Shown here: in pieces, positions 1-11,471 of the stretch
How positions within the stretch are numbered: the first letter of the stretch is position 1
How the letters are laid out: each line of letters opens with the position of its first letter
Source: Alphaproteobacteria bacterium
GTDB lineage: Bacteria > Pseudomonadota > Alphaproteobacteria > GM7ARS4 > G965262615
DNA length: 64,000 nt
Reading direction: 5' to 3'
Assembly: GCA_965262615.1 (NCBI GenBank)
Contig: OZ253545.1
Coordinates: forward strand, 1,056,001 to 1,120,000
The notes under the pieces: generated by a model
Told to the model about the DNA's origin: nothing
The model's database searches: none
Seen by the model: the letters and a program-made list of their open reading frames with translations, nothing else
Translations under genes and position numbers: made by a program

Positions 1-780
1 AGTCGGCGTGGCACGCTGTGTGTATCATCGCAGGTGGGGTGCACGCTGAATTGTCCTTTTTGTCATACGGGGACGCAAAGCTGGGTGCGCAATCTGACGG
101 CGGCGGAGATTGTGGCTCAGCTGGTGATTGCCCTTGATGACCTTGACGGCTGGAATCATATTGAGCCATTGGATCGGCGCGCCATCACCAACATTGTTTT
201 CATGGGAATGGGTGAGCCCTTGTTCAATTATGATGGGGTGTCAGGAGCTCTTGCCATTTTGCTGGATTCGGATGGCTTTGCTTTTTCCAAAAGACGCGTG
301 ACCGTCTCCACCGCAGGTGTCGTGCCATTCATCGGCACACTGGGAAAGGATTGGGGCGTGCGTTTGGCAATCTCGCTGCATGCCGTGGGTGATGAATTGC
401 GCAATGAACTGGTGCCCATCAATCGCAAATATAATCTCGCGCAATTGCTGGATGCATGTCGCTCCTATGCCACCTTATCCAATGCGCGGCGAATTACTTT
501 TGAATATGTCATGCTGAACGAGATTAATGATGGGGCGTCCGATGCTCATGAATTGGTTGCGTTGCTGCGTGATATTCCCGCCAAGATCAATTTGATTCCC
601 TTCAATCCGTGGCGCGGCAGCGTGTATGCAAGTTCCCCCATGTCTCGGATTCGCTCGTTTGCGGACATTTTGAATGATGGGGGTTTGAGCGCGCCCATTC
701 GCATGCCGCGTGGGCAGGACATCATGGCGGCGTGTGGGCAGTTGCGTTCGTCCTCGTTGAGACAGCGTCATGCCGCATAA
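1..780 (+). CDS. rlmN: 23S rRNA/tRNA m2A methyltransferase RlmN (5' end outside window)
   Basis: Frame is open from base 1 ([14 protein letters not shown]). Radical-SAM CxxxCxxC (GCTLNCPFC), MGMGEP and C-terminal AACGQL are present. Confidence 0.95.
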   Translation, partial: SRRGTLCVSSQVGCTLNCPFCHTGTQSWVRNLTAAEIVAQLVIALDDLDGWNHIEPLDRRAITNIVFMGMGEPLFNYDGVSGALAILLDSDGFAFSKRRVTVSTAGVVPFIGTLGKDWGVRLAISLHAVGDELRNELVPINRKYNLAQLLDACRSYATLSNARRITFEYVMLNEINDGASDAHELVALLRDIPAKINLIPFNPWRGSVYASSPMSRIRSFADILNDGGLSAPIRMPRGQDIMAACGQLRSSSLRQRHAA

Positions 781-1987
781 GCACACTGTGCAAAAGGTGG
801 TGCTTGCTTATTCGGGCGGATTGGACACCTCTGTCATTTTGCACTGGCTACGAGAGACTTATGGCTGTGAGGTGGTGACCGTCACCGCCGATATCGGACA
901 GGGCGATGAATGTGACGAGGCTCTTGCCAAAGCCAAAAAACTGGGGGTGCGAGAGGCACACTTGTTGGATTTGAAGCTGGAGTTTGTGCGCGACTATGTC
1001 TTTCCCATGATGCGTGCCAATTGTCTGTATGAGGGCGTCTACTTGTTGGGGACATCCATTGCCCGCCCGCTCATTGCCAAGAGTCAGATTGATATCGCTC
1101 GCGAGACGAACTCGGACGCGGTGGCTCATGGGGCAACCGGCAAGGGCAATGACCAGCTGCGTTTTGAGCTCTCCTACTATGCCCTTGCGCCGGACATCAC
1201 GGTGATTGCGCCGTGGCGCGAGTGGGATTTATTGAGTCGCGACAAGCTCATTCGCTACGGCGAATCTCATCAGTTGGACATTCCCACAGGCAAGCGCGGC
1301 GAGCCGCCGTATTCTATGGATGCCAATATGCTGCATGTTTCTTATGAAGGACGGGTGCTGGAGGATCCGTGGCAGGATGCCGATGAATCCATGTATCGCA
1401 TGACGGTGTCGCCACAGGATGCTCCCGATAGGGCAGAGGACATTGTAATTTCTTTTCGTGAAGGTGATGGGGTGGCGGTGGATGGCGTTGCCTATGATGC
1501 CGCCGCCCTGTTGCAGCATCTCAATGAGCGGGCGGGCGCGCATGGCATCGGACGGGTGGACATGGTGGAAAATCGCTTTGTGGGCATGAAATCACGAGGT
1601 GTCTATGAGACTCCCGGTGGGACGCTTTTGCTGACGGCGCATCGCGCACTGGAGAGCATCACTTTGGACAGAGAAGAGGCTCATCTCAAGGATGACCTCA
1701 TGCCTCGCTACGCCGCTTGCATTTATAACGGATTTTGGTTCTCTCCCGAACGAGAGGCATTGCAGGCATTGATTGACCACACCCAAAGACATGTCAATGG
1801 CGATGTGCGCTTGCGCATGTATAAGGGAAGCGTGATGGTGATGGGCAGACGCTCCGATGATTCGCTGTATGATGAGGACATTGCCACCTTTGAGGAGGAC
1901 TCCGTCTATGACCATGAGGACGCACGAGGCTTTATTGCCCTGCAGGCGTTGCGTCTGCGCATGGTGGCGCGGCGAAGGAACTCATGA
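770..1987 (+). CDS. argG: Argininosuccinate synthase
   Basis: [20 protein letters not shown] and [10 protein letters not shown] motifs. Confidence 0.97.
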   Translation: MPHKHTVQKVVLAYSGGLDTSVILHWLRETYGCEVVTVTADIGQGDECDEALAKAKKLGVREAHLLDLKLEFVRDYVFPMMRANCLYEGVYLLGTSIARPLIAKSQIDIARETNSDAVAHGATGKGNDQLRFELSYYALAPDITVIAPWREWDLLSRDKLIRYGESHQLDIPTGKRGEPPYSMDANMLHVSYEGRVLEDPWQDADESMYRMTVSPQDAPDRAEDIVISFREGDGVAVDGVAYDAAALLQHLNERAGAHGIGRVDMVENRFVGMKSRGVYETPGGTLLLTAHRALESITLDREEAHLKDDLMPRYAACIYNGFWFSPEREALQALIDHTQRHVNGDVRLRMYKGSVMVMGRRSDDSLYDEDIATFEEDSVYDHEDARGFIALQALRLRMVARRRNS

Positions 1988-2787
1988 CTGAGTTTTTCGG
2001 CATGGTGGCTTTATTGGCACAAGGAGCTTTGTGTTATGGGGTGATGGCACACGCGCCTCACTGGACGGCATCTTCGTTTGCCCATCGGTTTTTCTTGTTG
2101 TCTTTTGTGCTGGCGGTGGCGGCGGCTTTTTTGAGCGGTTGGCTTTGGCAGAATCATTTGCGTTTGAGCGGGTCGTTGTCATCGCAATTGTGGTTGTTGT
2201 TGTTGCTGTTGTGGGGGATGCGTGAGGTGCTGCCGCGTGTGGGTGTCAGGGTGGATTTATTGACCGTCTTGTTTATGCCCTACAGTCTGGTTTTGGTTGG
2301 TTTGGCTTTATTGTCGTCATTTTCTGTGGTGCGTCATGATGAGACGGTCATGATGCAGGATGGCTGGATTACGGTGCATATGCTCAGTGCCATTGTGGGT
2401 TATGGGGTGTTGAGTTGGGCATCTCTGGCGGCATTGGCGTGTTTGTTGCGGGCTCGGGTGCTGGCGGGACGCAAACATCTGCAGTCGTTTCTTGCCGCTC
2501 TGCCCAGCATTCGTGAGGCTGAACGCATGGAGCATCAATTATTGATTGCCTCGGTCGTTTTGATGGTGATGGCGATGGTGTCTGGTTTTGTGGCGTTTTC
2601 TTCATATCAGACGGCGTGGATGAAAATTCTCTTATTTCTCTTGGCATTTGGGCTGGCGGTGATGCTATTGCTGATGCGTTTGTATGCGGGGGTGGCGGGG
2701 GTGCGAGCGGCGCGTGTGCTTTTGGTATCGTGGTTTTGTTTGAGCTTGGCGTGGATTGGCGTTACATTGGTCGGTGGGTCTGAATGA
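1984..2787 (+). CDS. Cytochrome c assembly family (CcsA/YpjD-like) membrane protein
   Basis: About 8 hydrophobic segments, WITVH motif and [11 protein letters not shown] loop. Confidence 0.65.
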   Translation: MTEFFGMVALLAQGALCYGVMAHAPHWTASSFAHRFFLLSFVLAVAAAFLSGWLWQNHLRLSGSLSSQLWLLLLLLWGMREVLPRVGVRVDLLTVLFMPYSLVLVGLALLSSFSVVRHDETVMMQDGWITVHMLSAIVGYGVLSWASLAALACLLRARVLAGRKHLQSFLAALPSIREAERMEHQLLIASVVLMVMAMVSGFVAFSSYQTAWMKILLFLLAFGLAVMLLLMRLYAGVAGVRAARVLLVSWFCLSLAWIGVTLVGGSE

Positions 2788-3743
2788 TGCTACAAATCGG
2801 AGATTTATCACTGCCCAGCAATATTTTGCTCGCCCCCATGTCTGGCGTGAGCGACAAGCCCTTTCGCGAGCAAGTGGTGAAGTTTGGCGCGGGGCTGGTG
2901 TTTTCGGAAATGATTGCCTGCGAATCGGTGTTGCGTGGGGTGCAGCGTTCTTTTTTGCGGGCTGAGGGAATCGGTGACCATCATGCCATTCAATTGGCGG
3001 GATGTGAGCCTCATCGCATGGGTGAGGCGGCGCGTATGGCGCATGATTTTGGTGCGTGCCTCATTGATATCAACATGGGATGTCCTGCCAAAAAAGTGGT
3101 GCGCGGTGAGGCGGGGTCGGCTCTTATGAAAGATGAACAATTGGCTGCCAGCATCATGAGTGCGGTGGTGCAAGCATCACACCTGCCCGTGAGCCTTAAG
3201 ATGCGCATGGGATGGGATGAGCATCATCTCAATGCACCGCAGCTGGCGCGTATTGCCGAGCAGTGCGGCATTGTCATGATTACCATTCACGGACGCACCC
3301 GAGCTCAAATGTATAGGGGCAGTGCCGATTGGAAATTTATTCGCCGTGTGAAACAAGCGGTGAGCATCCCCGTGATTGCCAATGGCGATGTGTGTGAACT
3401 CAGTGATGTGGAGCAAATTCTTGAACAATCTCATGCCGATGGCGTTATGATTGGGCGCGGCAGCTATGGTCGCCCTTGGTTTCCTCATGTGGCGCACGAG
3501 TGGATTCATCACGGACGCCACGCGGTCATTGATGGCAAAACCAAGAGGAAAACCATTGTCCATCATCTCCAATCCCTCTATGAGCACTACGGCTCGCGCA
3601 CGGGGATGCGCATCGCCCGCAAGCATCTGGGGTGGTACAGTCGCGGCATGACGCAAGCCTCTCGCATCAGAACGGAGATCAATCGCATTGATTGTCCCGT
3701 GGAATTGCAACGCTTTGTGCATCAAGCCTTTGCAACGCCTTAG
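2784..3743 (+). CDS. dusB: tRNA dihydrouridine synthase DusB (NifR3 family)
   Basis: [28 protein letters not shown] and GVMIGRG motifs. Confidence 0.95.
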   Translation: MMLQIGDLSLPSNILLAPMSGVSDKPFREQVVKFGAGLVFSEMIACESVLRGVQRSFLRAEGIGDHHAIQLAGCEPHRMGEAARMAHDFGACLIDINMGCPAKKVVRGEAGSALMKDEQLAASIMSAVVQASHLPVSLKMRMGWDEHHLNAPQLARIAEQCGIVMITIHGRTRAQMYRGSADWKFIRRVKQAVSIPVIANGDVCELSDVEQILEQSHADGVMIGRGSYGRPWFPHVAHEWIHHGRHAVIDGKTKRKTIVHHLQSLYEHYGSRTGMRIARKHLGWYSRGMTQASRIRTEINRIDCPVELQRFVHQAFATP

Positions 3744-3754
3744 GAAGCGGGGCG

Positions 3755-5131
3755 ATGCGTGTTATTATTTGCGGTGGTGGCGCAGTGGGAGCGGGAATTG
3801 CTCATCACCTCTCATCAGAGGACAATGATGTGGTGGTGATTGATTCCTCTCGGGATGTGATGGCTCAGCTCGCCAAAAATCTTGATATACAATCGCTGCA
3901 AGGCAATGCCGCCCGTCCTGATGTTTTGGAACAAGCCAGAATGCGGGATGCCGATATGCTCATTGCGGTCACGGGCTCTGATGAGGTCAATATGGTGATT
4001 TGTCAGGTGGCGTATACTTTGTTCAAGACTCCTGTGCGGATTGCTCGCATTCGCGATCAACACTATTTGGCTTCATCATGGAAGCATCTGTTTCAAGATT
4101 CCCATGTTCCTGTCAATGCGGTGATTTCTCCCGAACGAGAGGTGGCGCGCGCCATCACCACCCAATTGAGATGGCCTGGCGCGTTTGAGTGCATCATGTT
4201 GGAGCAATCTTCTTTGGCGGTTGTGAGGGTAGAGCCAGCACCGCAATCCGATTGGTACGAGTGCTCGGTGAGTGAGATGGAGAAAAAGGCATCGTTTCCC
4301 CTTTCGATTCTGGCGTATGTGCGAGATGGTGCGTTGCAGCAGTGGGATCGCCATCATGTGCTCGCTCACGGAGAGGCTGTTTATGTGGCGGTGTCTCAGA
4401 ATCAGGTCACGCCGTTGATGCGGTTCATGGGACATGGCGAGGCAGAGGCACGGAGGGTGCTCATTATAGGGGGCGGGAATATTGGATGGGCGTTGGCTGA
4501 AATGCTGGAAGAGCGAGTGGTGGATCTCAATCTTAAAGTCATTGAGAAAGATGAGCAAAGAGCCAAAAAAATCGCCGCCAATCTCAAAGAAGCAACCGTC
4601 ATTCATGGCGATGCTCTTGATCCCGTCATTTTGAGTGAGGCGGAAATCAACACCACAGAAACCATCATTTGTGTCACCCAAGAAGACGAAAATAACATTC
4701 TCATCTCTCTCTTGGCGAAGCATCACGGATGCCAAAAAGCCATCGCCTTGGTGAAGAATCCCATTTATCATCAGATGGTCTATCGCTTGGGGATGGATGT
4801 GGTGGTGCACCCGCGCAGCATCACGGTGTCAAGCATTTTGCGCCATGTGCGGGAGGGCAAAGTAATCTCGGTTCATTCGTTAGGAGGGGAGCGCGGCGAA
4901 TTGATGGAATTGGAAATTTTGCCCACCGCCGCTATTTTGGATCGCAGCCTTGCTCAATTGGACTTGCCTCCTGGGGTGCGTATTGGCGCGGTTGTGCGTG
5001 ATGGCACGGGAGTCTTGATGCCTCACGGAGAGATGGTGTTTCAAAAACACGACCGCGTTGTGTTGCTTGCACCCACCCGTGCCATCAAGGATGTGGAACG
5101 CCTCTTTACCGCAAAGCCGAGTTTTTTTTAA
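3755..5131 (+). CDS. trkA: Trk potassium uptake NAD-binding subunit
   Basis: Two RCK_N GxGxxG folds (ICGGGAVG, IIGGGNIG). Start placed at ATG 3755. Confidence 0.93.
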   Translation: MRVIICGGGAVGAGIAHHLSSEDNDVVVIDSSRDVMAQLAKNLDIQSLQGNAARPDVLEQARMRDADMLIAVTGSDEVNMVICQVAYTLFKTPVRIARIRDQHYLASSWKHLFQDSHVPVNAVISPEREVARAITTQLRWPGAFECIMLEQSSLAVVRVEPAPQSDWYECSVSEMEKKASFPLSILAYVRDGALQQWDRHHVLAHGEAVYVAVSQNQVTPLMRFMGHGEAEARRVLIIGGGNIGWALAEMLEERVVDLNLKVIEKDEQRAKKIAANLKEATVIHGDALDPVILSEAEINTTETIICVTQEDENNILISLLAKHHGCQKAIALVKNPIYHQMVYRLGMDVVVHPRSITVSSILRHVREGKVISVHSLGGERGELMELEILPTAAILDRSLAQLDLPPGVRIGAVVRDGTGVLMPHGEMVFQKHDRVVLLAPTRAIKDVERLFTAKPSFF

Positions 5132-5982
5132 TGGTGGATGTGACACCCATCGCCTATGTCAATGGAGCGTATGTGCCGTTGCATGACGCGCGGATTGCCC
5201 TTTTGGATCGGGCGGCGTTGTTTGCCGATGCCGTCTATGAGGTGATGTGGGTTGAACAGGGGCGATTGATTGATTTTGACAATCATTGGCGGCGTTTTGT
5301 GACATCGGCTCAGGCGATTGCCATGAAGCCGCCTTACACGAAGGATGTGTGGCACATCATCATGAAGCAATTGATTGGGCGCAATGGCTGTCGCAACGGC
5401 GGACTTTACTGGCACATGAGTCGTGGCGTGATGATGCGCAACCATGTGCCCCACAACACCATGACGCCTCAGCTGGTTGCCTTTGTGAATCATGCCGAGC
5501 TGCAGGCGCGCTGCACGGATGCCGTCACCGTGATGACCGCCTCAGAATCGCGCTGGAAGCGGTGTGATATCAAAACGGTGGGATTGCTGCCCAATGTCAT
5601 GGCGCGTATGCGTGCCGCCGCCCAACAAAAAAATGAGACATGGTTCGTCAATGATGAGGGGTTCATCACGGAAGGCGCGGCGTGCAATGGGTTTATTGTG
5701 GATGAGCACAATGTGCTGCGAACCCATCCCGCCACCGAGGCGATTTTAGCGGGAATTGTGCGTGATTTTGTGGTGCACGCGGCGGCGCGCCTATCCATTG
5801 ATGTGCGTGAGGAGGCATTTTCTCTGGCGGAATTGAAAAAAGCCAAAGAAGCATTCTACACCGGCACGCTGCAAGGTGTCATGGGAGTATCATCAATTGA
5901 TGACATCGCCATTCCTCACGGAACGGATGCTCCCATCACGCGCGCTTTAATGGATGCCTACGAGCAGCATCTGACCCAATGA
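5131..5982 (+). CDS. dat: D-amino-acid aminotransferase (PLP fold IV)
   Basis: FADAVYEV, RCDIKTVGLL, ITEG and ILAGI motifs; conserved position before hflX. Confidence 0.8.
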   Translation: MVDVTPIAYVNGAYVPLHDARIALLDRAALFADAVYEVMWVEQGRLIDFDNHWRRFVTSAQAIAMKPPYTKDVWHIIMKQLIGRNGCRNGGLYWHMSRGVMMRNHVPHNTMTPQLVAFVNHAELQARCTDAVTVMTASESRWKRCDIKTVGLLPNVMARMRAAAQQKNETWFVNDEGFITEGAACNGFIVDEHNVLRTHPATEAILAGIVRDFVVHAAARLSIDVREEAFSLAELKKAKEAFYTGTLQGVMGVSSIDDIAIPHGTDAPITRALMDAYEQHLTQ

Positions 5983-7088
5983 AAACATTGGTGATTCATC
6001 CTCACGGTGCATGGCACGGCGACCGTCATCCGTTGGATGATTTGGCAGAAGCGGTGGCATTGGCTCACGCTTTGCATTTTGAGGTGAGCGGACACTGCGT
6101 CAATGTGCGTCAATTGCACGCCGCCTCGTTTTTTGGCAAGGGAAACTGCGATGCCATTCGCGAATGGGTGAGCGGCAGTGGGTATGAGCTGGTCATCATC
6201 AATCATCAGTTGTCGGCGGTGCAGCATCGGCAGTTGGAAAAAGCGTGGCAGGTGAAGGTGTGGGATCGTCACATGCTCATTTTAGAGATTTTTGGCGCGC
6301 GCGCGTCCACACGGGAAGGAACGATTCAGGTGGAACTCGCCGCATTGCGCTATCAACGCAGCCGTCTGGTGCGCTCTTGGACGCATCTTGAACGCCAAAG
6401 AGGCGGTAGCGGATTCATGGGAGGACCGGGCGAGCGACAAATTGAGAGCGATCGCCGCATCATTGATCGCAAAATTCATCAATTGCAAAAAAAACTCAAA
6501 ACAGTCACACGCACCCGCAGACTGCAACGCAAAGGACGCCGTCACTATCCCTCCATTTCACTGGTGGGATACACCAATGCCGGCAAAACCACGCTCTTCA
6601 ATCGCTTGACGCACAGTGACGGATGGGCTGCGAATCAATTGTTTGCCACCCTTGATCCGATGGCGCGGTCTTTGTATTTGCCCTGCGGACAAACGGTCAT
6701 TGTCTCGGACACGGTGGGATTTATCTCTGACCTGCCTCATCATCTCATTGCCGCCTTTCGTGCCACTTTGGAGGAGGTGATTGATGCCGATGTCATCATT
6801 CATCTCATTGATGGGTCATCGCCTCATCACACGGCACAGGCGCGTGATGTGAATGATGTGCTGGCACAACTGGGAGTGGAGGATGAGCGTCCCATCATTG
6901 AGGTTGTTAACAAAGCCGACTTGTTATCAGACGCATCTCGCGATGAGCGATTGTTGCTCTCGGCAGCAAATGGCTCAGGCGTGGATGATTTGTTGAATGA
7001 GCTCTCGCGGGTGGTGCATCAATTGCCTCGTTTTTGCAGGCGCGCGAGCAGTGCGGAGCTGTCCCATGCACCGCCGCCCATTTGCTGA
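5979..7088 (+). CDS. hflX: GTPase HflX
   Basis: GYTNAGKTT, LFATLD, DTVGF, NKAD and GGPGE motifs. Confidence 0.96.
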   Translation: MKTLVIHPHGAWHGDRHPLDDLAEAVALAHALHFEVSGHCVNVRQLHAASFFGKGNCDAIREWVSGSGYELVIINHQLSAVQHRQLEKAWQVKVWDRHMLILEIFGARASTREGTIQVELAALRYQRSRLVRSWTHLERQRGGSGFMGGPGERQIESDRRIIDRKIHQLQKKLKTVTRTRRLQRKGRRHYPSISLVGYTNAGKTTLFNRLTHSDGWAANQLFATLDPMARSLYLPCGQTVIVSDTVGFISDLPHHLIAAFRATLEEVIDADVIIHLIDGSSPHHTAQARDVNDVLAQLGVEDERPIIEVVNKADLLSDASRDERLLLSAANGSGVDDLLNELSRVVHQLPRFCRRASSAELSHAPPPIC

Positions 7089-7882
7089 ACCTCTTCATAA
7101 AATTGAGCGATGAGGGCGGTGGTCTCCAGCGGCGTTGAGGAGGCTGCCATTGCCAGACGCAAGTCCTTGAGCATCCAATCCACCTTAAAGCCAAAGCCAT
7201 CAAATTGTCCATCCAGCATGGTGGCGGCGCGATTTTGCATCCACCATGAGGATGACGCGCCATTGGTGATGGCTTGCAGCAGGGCATCGGTGTCCAATCC
7301 CATCTCTTGAGCAAAATGCAACCCCTCCGCCAAAGACTGAATGACACCGCTAGCACAGATTTGATTGACCATTTTTGCCAACTGACCCGTTCCCACCTCA
7401 CCCATGTGGGTGATGGTGCGCCCGTAACAACGCAACAGAGGCTCAATGGCGGTCACATGGTCTTGCGCCCCTCCCACCATGATGGACAAAGTGCCTTGCT
7501 GCGCCCCTTCCATGCCGCCCGATATCGGAGCATCACAAAAAAAGCATCCTTTGTGTGCCGCCAGCTGAGCCATCTCACGGGCAATGGTCGCCGAACAGGT
7601 GCTGTGGTCAATGATAAAGCCGTTCGTCATCACCGTGAGAGCTTCGGTCACCACACTGCGGAGATCATCGTCATTGCCCACACAGGTGATGAGTCCGTCT
7701 TGTCCTTGCACCGCCTCACTGACGCTGCCCGCAACCGCGCCTTGATGCAACTTCTGCCACTGTTTCATTTTAGCGGGGCTACGATTATAAACCGTGACGC
7801 TATGACCGTGGCGAGCCAGATGCCCCGCCATGGGCGCACCCATCGCTCCCAGTCCCACAAATGCAATGCGATTCAAAGCCAT
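7019..7882 (-). CDS. 3-hydroxyisobutyrate dehydrogenase family NAD(P)-dependent oxidoreductase
   Basis: GLGAMG, DAPISGG and KMVNQ motifs. Confidence 0.88.
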   Translation of the reverse strand: MALNRIAFVGLGAMGAPMAGHLARHGHSVTVYNRSPAKMKQWQKLHQGAVAGSVSEAVQGQDGLITCVGNDDDLRSVVTEALTVMTNGFIIDHSTCSATIAREMAQLAAHKGCFFCDAPISGGMEGAQQGTLSIMVGGAQDHVTAIEPLLRCYGRTITHMGEVGTGQLAKMVNQICASGVIQSLAEGLHFAQEMGLDTDALLQAITNGASSSWWMQNRAATMLDGQFDGFGFKVDWMLKDLRLAMAASSTPLETTALIAQFYEEVQQMGGGAWDSSALLARLQKRGN

Positions 7883-8895
7883 CCCGCCAGCTGCCTCATG
7901 ATTAGGTGTGTCAATGCGTCCATATGATAGGAACTCTCATTGAGGCAGGGGATGGTATCATACTGCTCTCCGCCTGCACTCATAAAAATCTCTTTGCCTT
8001 CAATGGCGATTTCCTCCAATGTTTCAATGCAATCGGCGACAAAGCCGGGCATCATAACCGCCAATCGCTTTACGCCTTTCTCCGCCAGTGCCTTGATGGT
8101 TTCATCGGTGTAGGGTTGCAGCCATTCGGCAGGACCAAAGCGCGATTGAAATGTCATCATGAATTGGTCTTCATTCAAGTTCAGGGATTCTCTGAGCAGT
8201 CGGTAAGTTTTGGCACAGTGGCAATGGTACGGGTCACCCTTCATAAAATACTCTTTGGGCAGTCCGTGAAAGGAGACCAGCGTCACCTCAGGCTGCCATG
8301 ACGAATTATTGCACCATTCACGATGAGAGCGCGCCAGTGCGTCAATATAGAGGGCATCATCATGATAGGGGGGCATGGTGCGAATGGCGGGTTGCCAGCG
8401 CATTTTTTGCAAAACATTGAATGCCTCATCATAGGCGGTTGCCATGGTTGCGGCTGAATACTGCGGATACAAGGCACACAGCAACACCCGCCGCGCCCCT
8501 TGTTCCACCATGTGAGACAAAACATCGTGAATGGATGGCGTTCCATAGCGCATTGCCCAGTCGGTGATGATGCCATCACTCGCCTTTGCCAGTTTTTGTG
8601 TGATGGCATCATTTTGAGCGCGCGTGATGGTGCGCAGAGGGGATTCGTCCTTTTCGTGATTCCAAATGCTTTGATACGCCGCACCGCTCTTTTGCGGGCG
8701 CGTGGTGAGAATGAAACAATTGAGAATAATCTTCCACACCCAAGGATTGGTCTCAATGACGCGGCGGTCACTCAAAAATTCCTTGAGATAACGGCGCATC
8801 GGACGATAGCCATAACCGTCGGGCGTGCCCAAATTGACGAGCAAGACGCCAATTTTGCCGTCAGCAATGAGAGGATGGTCGGCTGGTTTGTTCAT
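7873..8895 (-). CDS. hemH: Ferrochelatase
   Basis: LLVNLGTP, LYPQYS, SFHGLP, FQSRFG and DCIETLEEI motifs. Confidence 0.96.
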   Translation of the reverse strand: MNKPADHPLIADGKIGVLLVNLGTPDGYGYRPMRRYLKEFLSDRRVIETNPWVWKIILNCFILTTRPQKSGAAYQSIWNHEKDESPLRTITRAQNDAITQKLAKASDGIITDWAMRYGTPSIHDVLSHMVEQGARRVLLCALYPQYSAATMATAYDEAFNVLQKMRWQPAIRTMPPYHDDALYIDALARSHREWCNNSSWQPEVTLVSFHGLPKEYFMKGDPYHCHCAKTYRLLRESLNLNEDQFMMTFQSRFGPAEWLQPYTDETIKALAEKGVKRLAVMMPGFVADCIETLEEIAIEGKEIFMSAGGEQYDTIPCLNESSYHMDALTHLIMRQLAGWL

Positions 8896-8937
8896 GTCGT
8901 TTGTTTGCGAGCAACAATTATGCTACATAACAGCACG

Positions 8938-9687
8938 ATGGATGAAACACAAGGTCAGAGCTTTATTGTCAATCTGGACAGTTATGAGGGTCCGCTGGAT
9001 GTCTTGCTGAGTCTGGCGCGCAATCATGAGGTGGATTTGCGAGAAATATCGCTCGTTGTGTTGGCGGAGCAATACATGGCGTTTTTGCGGCAGCAGGATA
9101 TCAGGCATTTGACCAAAGCGACAGACTATCTCGTGATGGCGGCGTGGCTCACATGGCTCAAAGCGCGCTTGCTCACCCCACAGCATCATGAACAAGAAGA
9201 CGATGAGGAAGATCCCTTTGCCGAAGCCGAACAATTGCGAGAGCAGTTGATTCATCTCAATCTCATTCGCCAGTCGGTGAGTTGGCTCAGAGAACGCCCC
9301 CAATTGGGACAAGATTTTTTCGCTCGCCCCACCCAATATCATGAAACCAAAGAGCTGTCCCCGCCGCCAATCAAATTGTATCAATTGCTTGAAGCCTACA
9401 GCAACATGAATGAGCGTGATGAGGGTCAGCAGGAAGCATCACCTTCGTTTCGCCATCATCCGTTCATGTCTGTTGCGGTGGCATCCACGCAGGTGCAAAA
9501 ATGGGTGACCCAGCCCACCGATTTTATTGACCTTGTGCGTGAGGTGGCTCAGCGATTGAATCAGCCCATGACCTATATTCTGATTCCCATGTTTATGGCA
9601 TCCTTGCAATTGATGAAAAGTCGGCAAATAATGCTGTCGCAAAAGACGATAGATGATGCCCTCACGGTTGCATCCCTACAGGAATGA
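8938..9687 (+). CDS. scpA: Segregation/condensation protein A
   Basis: YEGPLDVLL and DYLVMAAWLTWLKARLL motifs; lies upstream of scpB. Start placed at ATG 8938. Confidence 0.9.
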   Translation: MDETQGQSFIVNLDSYEGPLDVLLSLARNHEVDLREISLVVLAEQYMAFLRQQDIRHLTKATDYLVMAAWLTWLKARLLTPQHHEQEDDEEDPFAEAEQLREQLIHLNLIRQSVSWLRERPQLGQDFFARPTQYHETKELSPPPIKLYQLLEAYSNMNERDEGQQEASPSFRHHPFMSVAVASTQVQKWVTQPTDFIDLVREVAQRLNQPMTYILIPMFMASLQLMKSRQIMLSQKTIDDALTVASLQE

Positions 9688-9694
9688 TTGCATC

Positions 9695-10267
9695 ATGAAC
9701 GACTCCGCTCACACATTATTGTGCCAACTGGAAGCTATTTTATTTGCCCATGGCGATTTGATGGCAAAAGACGAACTCTTGCAATTGATGCCCTATCCTG
9801 ACCGACTAGACGAATTATTGCACAGTTTGGAGAATCATTATGCCAATCGGGGGATTCGTCTTGTGTGTGTCAATGATTGTTGGGGGTTTCGCACGGCATC
9901 TGATTATCGTGAACTTTTGGCGCGCTGGCAGCGCAAGCCATTGCGTTTATCGCAGGCGGCACTGGAGATTTTAATTATGTGTGCTTATCATCAGCCGTTG
10001 TCGCGCGCTGAAATGGAGGCGATTCGCGGCTCAACCGTCTCGTCTTCTGTCATCAATAAGTTGGTTGAACTGGGATGGATGAAACCTGCGGGACGAAAAT
10101 CATTGCCCGGCAAGCCTCTGTTGTGGGAAACCACTCAAGCGTTTTTGGAGCATTTTGACCTTAAATCCCTTGACCATCTGCCATCCCGTGACGAGATTCG
10201 CTCACTGGGATTGGGCAAGGGCGAGGAAGGCGGACTTTTTGCAGTCAAGGTGGAAGGTTCATCTTGA
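9695..10267 (+). CDS. scpB: Segregation/condensation protein B
   Basis: LEAILFA, LSQAALE, AYHQP, IRG and FLEHFDL..L..LP motifs. Confidence 0.92.
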   Translation: MNDSAHTLLCQLEAILFAHGDLMAKDELLQLMPYPDRLDELLHSLENHYANRGIRLVCVNDCWGFRTASDYRELLARWQRKPLRLSQAALEILIMCAYHQPLSRAEMEAIRGSTVSSSVINKLVELGWMKPAGRKSLPGKPLLWETTQAFLEHFDLKSLDHLPSRDEIRSLGLGKGEEGGLFAVKVEGSS

Positions 10268-10301
10268 CTTGACCATCCACTGTGATTGAATAGGAGACAT
10301 C

Positions 10302-10490
10302 ATGGGATCAATCGGTATATGGCAAATCCTTCTTGTTTTGGTGATTGTGCTGATTTTTTTCGGCGCCGGACGCTTGCCGCAAGTCATGAAAGAATTGGCA
10401 CGGGGTATTCGCTCATTTTCCAGTGAGCTGCGCACGCCGTCACAAAAAAAATCTGCCACAAAGAAAAAACCAAAAACAAAAGATCAATAA
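10302..10490 (+). CDS. tatA: Tat translocase TatA
   Basis: MGSIGIWQ, one TM helix and FG hinge; AGGAG RBS upstream. Confidence 0.92.
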   Translation: MGSIGIWQILLVLVIVLIFFGAGRLPQVMKELARGIRSFSSELRTPSQKKSATKKKPKTKDQ

Positions 10491-10498
10491 GGGCATTC

Positions 10499-10711
10499 AT
10501 GTTTTCCATTGGCTGGTTTGAACTGCTGCTGGTGGCGACTCTGGCATTGTTGATTTTTGGCGCAGACGACCTGCCCGTCATCGCTCGGCAGATTGCCCGA
10601 GTGGTGGGACAGGTGCAACGCATGTTCTCCGTGCTCCAGCGCGACTGGCAGTATATGACCCGCGACCAAAACGATGACACGCAAAAACCAAAAGACAAAA
10701 ATGAACAATGA
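10499..10711 (+). CDS. tatB: Tat translocase TatB (short)
   Basis: MFSIGWFELL..LP pattern, between tatA and tatC. Confidence 0.85.
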   Translation: MFSIGWFELLLVATLALLIFGADDLPVIARQIARVVGQVQRMFSVLQRDWQYMTRDQNDDTQKPKDKNEQ

Positions 10712-11471
10712 CGCATCCAACACCATTCATCGCGATGATGCCATGCCTCTGGTGGAGCATTTGCGGGAATTGCGTCATCGTCTTTTGCGCTATGGTGGCG
10801 TGTTTGTTATTTGTTTTTTGCTGGCTTTAGGCTGGGCACAGGAAATTTATGACATCCTCGCCGCGCCATTGGCTCAATCATTGCAGCAGCAAGGACGCGC
10901 CGCCACCATGATCTACACCCAATTGCCTGAGGTGTTTTTTGCCTATGTGCGGGTGGCGTTTTTTGTGGCGTTGTGCGTCTCTTTTCCTTATGGCTGTTAT
11001 CAATTGTGGCAATTTATTGCGCCTGCTTTGTATCAAAAAGAACGCCGTTTGGTGCTGCCGTTGCTGTGGATGATGCCCGTCTTGTTCGCGGCGGGGGCGT
11101 TGTTTGCGTATCATGTGGTGTTGCCGTTGGCGTGGCATTTTTTCTCCAGTTTTGTGGGAGGCGAGGGCATGGCGATGCGTCTGGAAGCCAAAGTGAGTGA
11201 TTATCTCTCCTTGTCTATGGCTTTGATTTTCTCCTTTGGGGCATCTTTTTTGCTGCCGATTTTTCTTGTCTTGCTGGTGCGCGCCGAAATGGTGACTCTT
11301 GCCCAATTGATTGCATGGCGACGCTATGCCATTGTCACGGCTTTTTTGCTGGCTGCCATTTTGACTCCGCCCGATGTCATCAGTCAGATTTTATTGGCGG
11401 TGCCGCTCATTTTGTTGTATGAAGCCAGTGTGGTGATTATTCGGATTACTAGAGGCAAGCATCATGCATGA
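10701..11471 (+). CDS. tatC: Tat translocase TatC
   Basis: MPLVEHLRELR, FIAPALY and TPPDVISQ motifs. Confidence 0.96.
   Translation: MNNDASNTIHRDDAMPLVEHLRELRHRLLRYGGVFVICFLLALGWAQEIYDILAAPLAQSLQQQGRAATMIYTQLPEVFFAYVRVAFFVALCVSFPYGCYQLWQFIAPALYQKERRLVLPLLWMMPVLFAAGALFAYHVVLPLAWHFFSSFVGGEGMAMRLEAKVSDYLSLSMALIFSFGASFLLPIFLVLLVRAEMVTLAQLIAWRRYAIVTAFLLAAILTPPDVISQILLAVPLILLYEASVVIIRITRGKHHA

Noticed and set aside
7019-7088. 70-bp convergent overlap of hflX and the dehydrogenase gene
   Set aside because: Consistent with a non-conserved C-terminal run-on in a compact genome.
8500-8937. N-terminal extension of scpA
   Set aside because: It overlaps hemH on the opposite strand; ScpA similarity starts near 8938.
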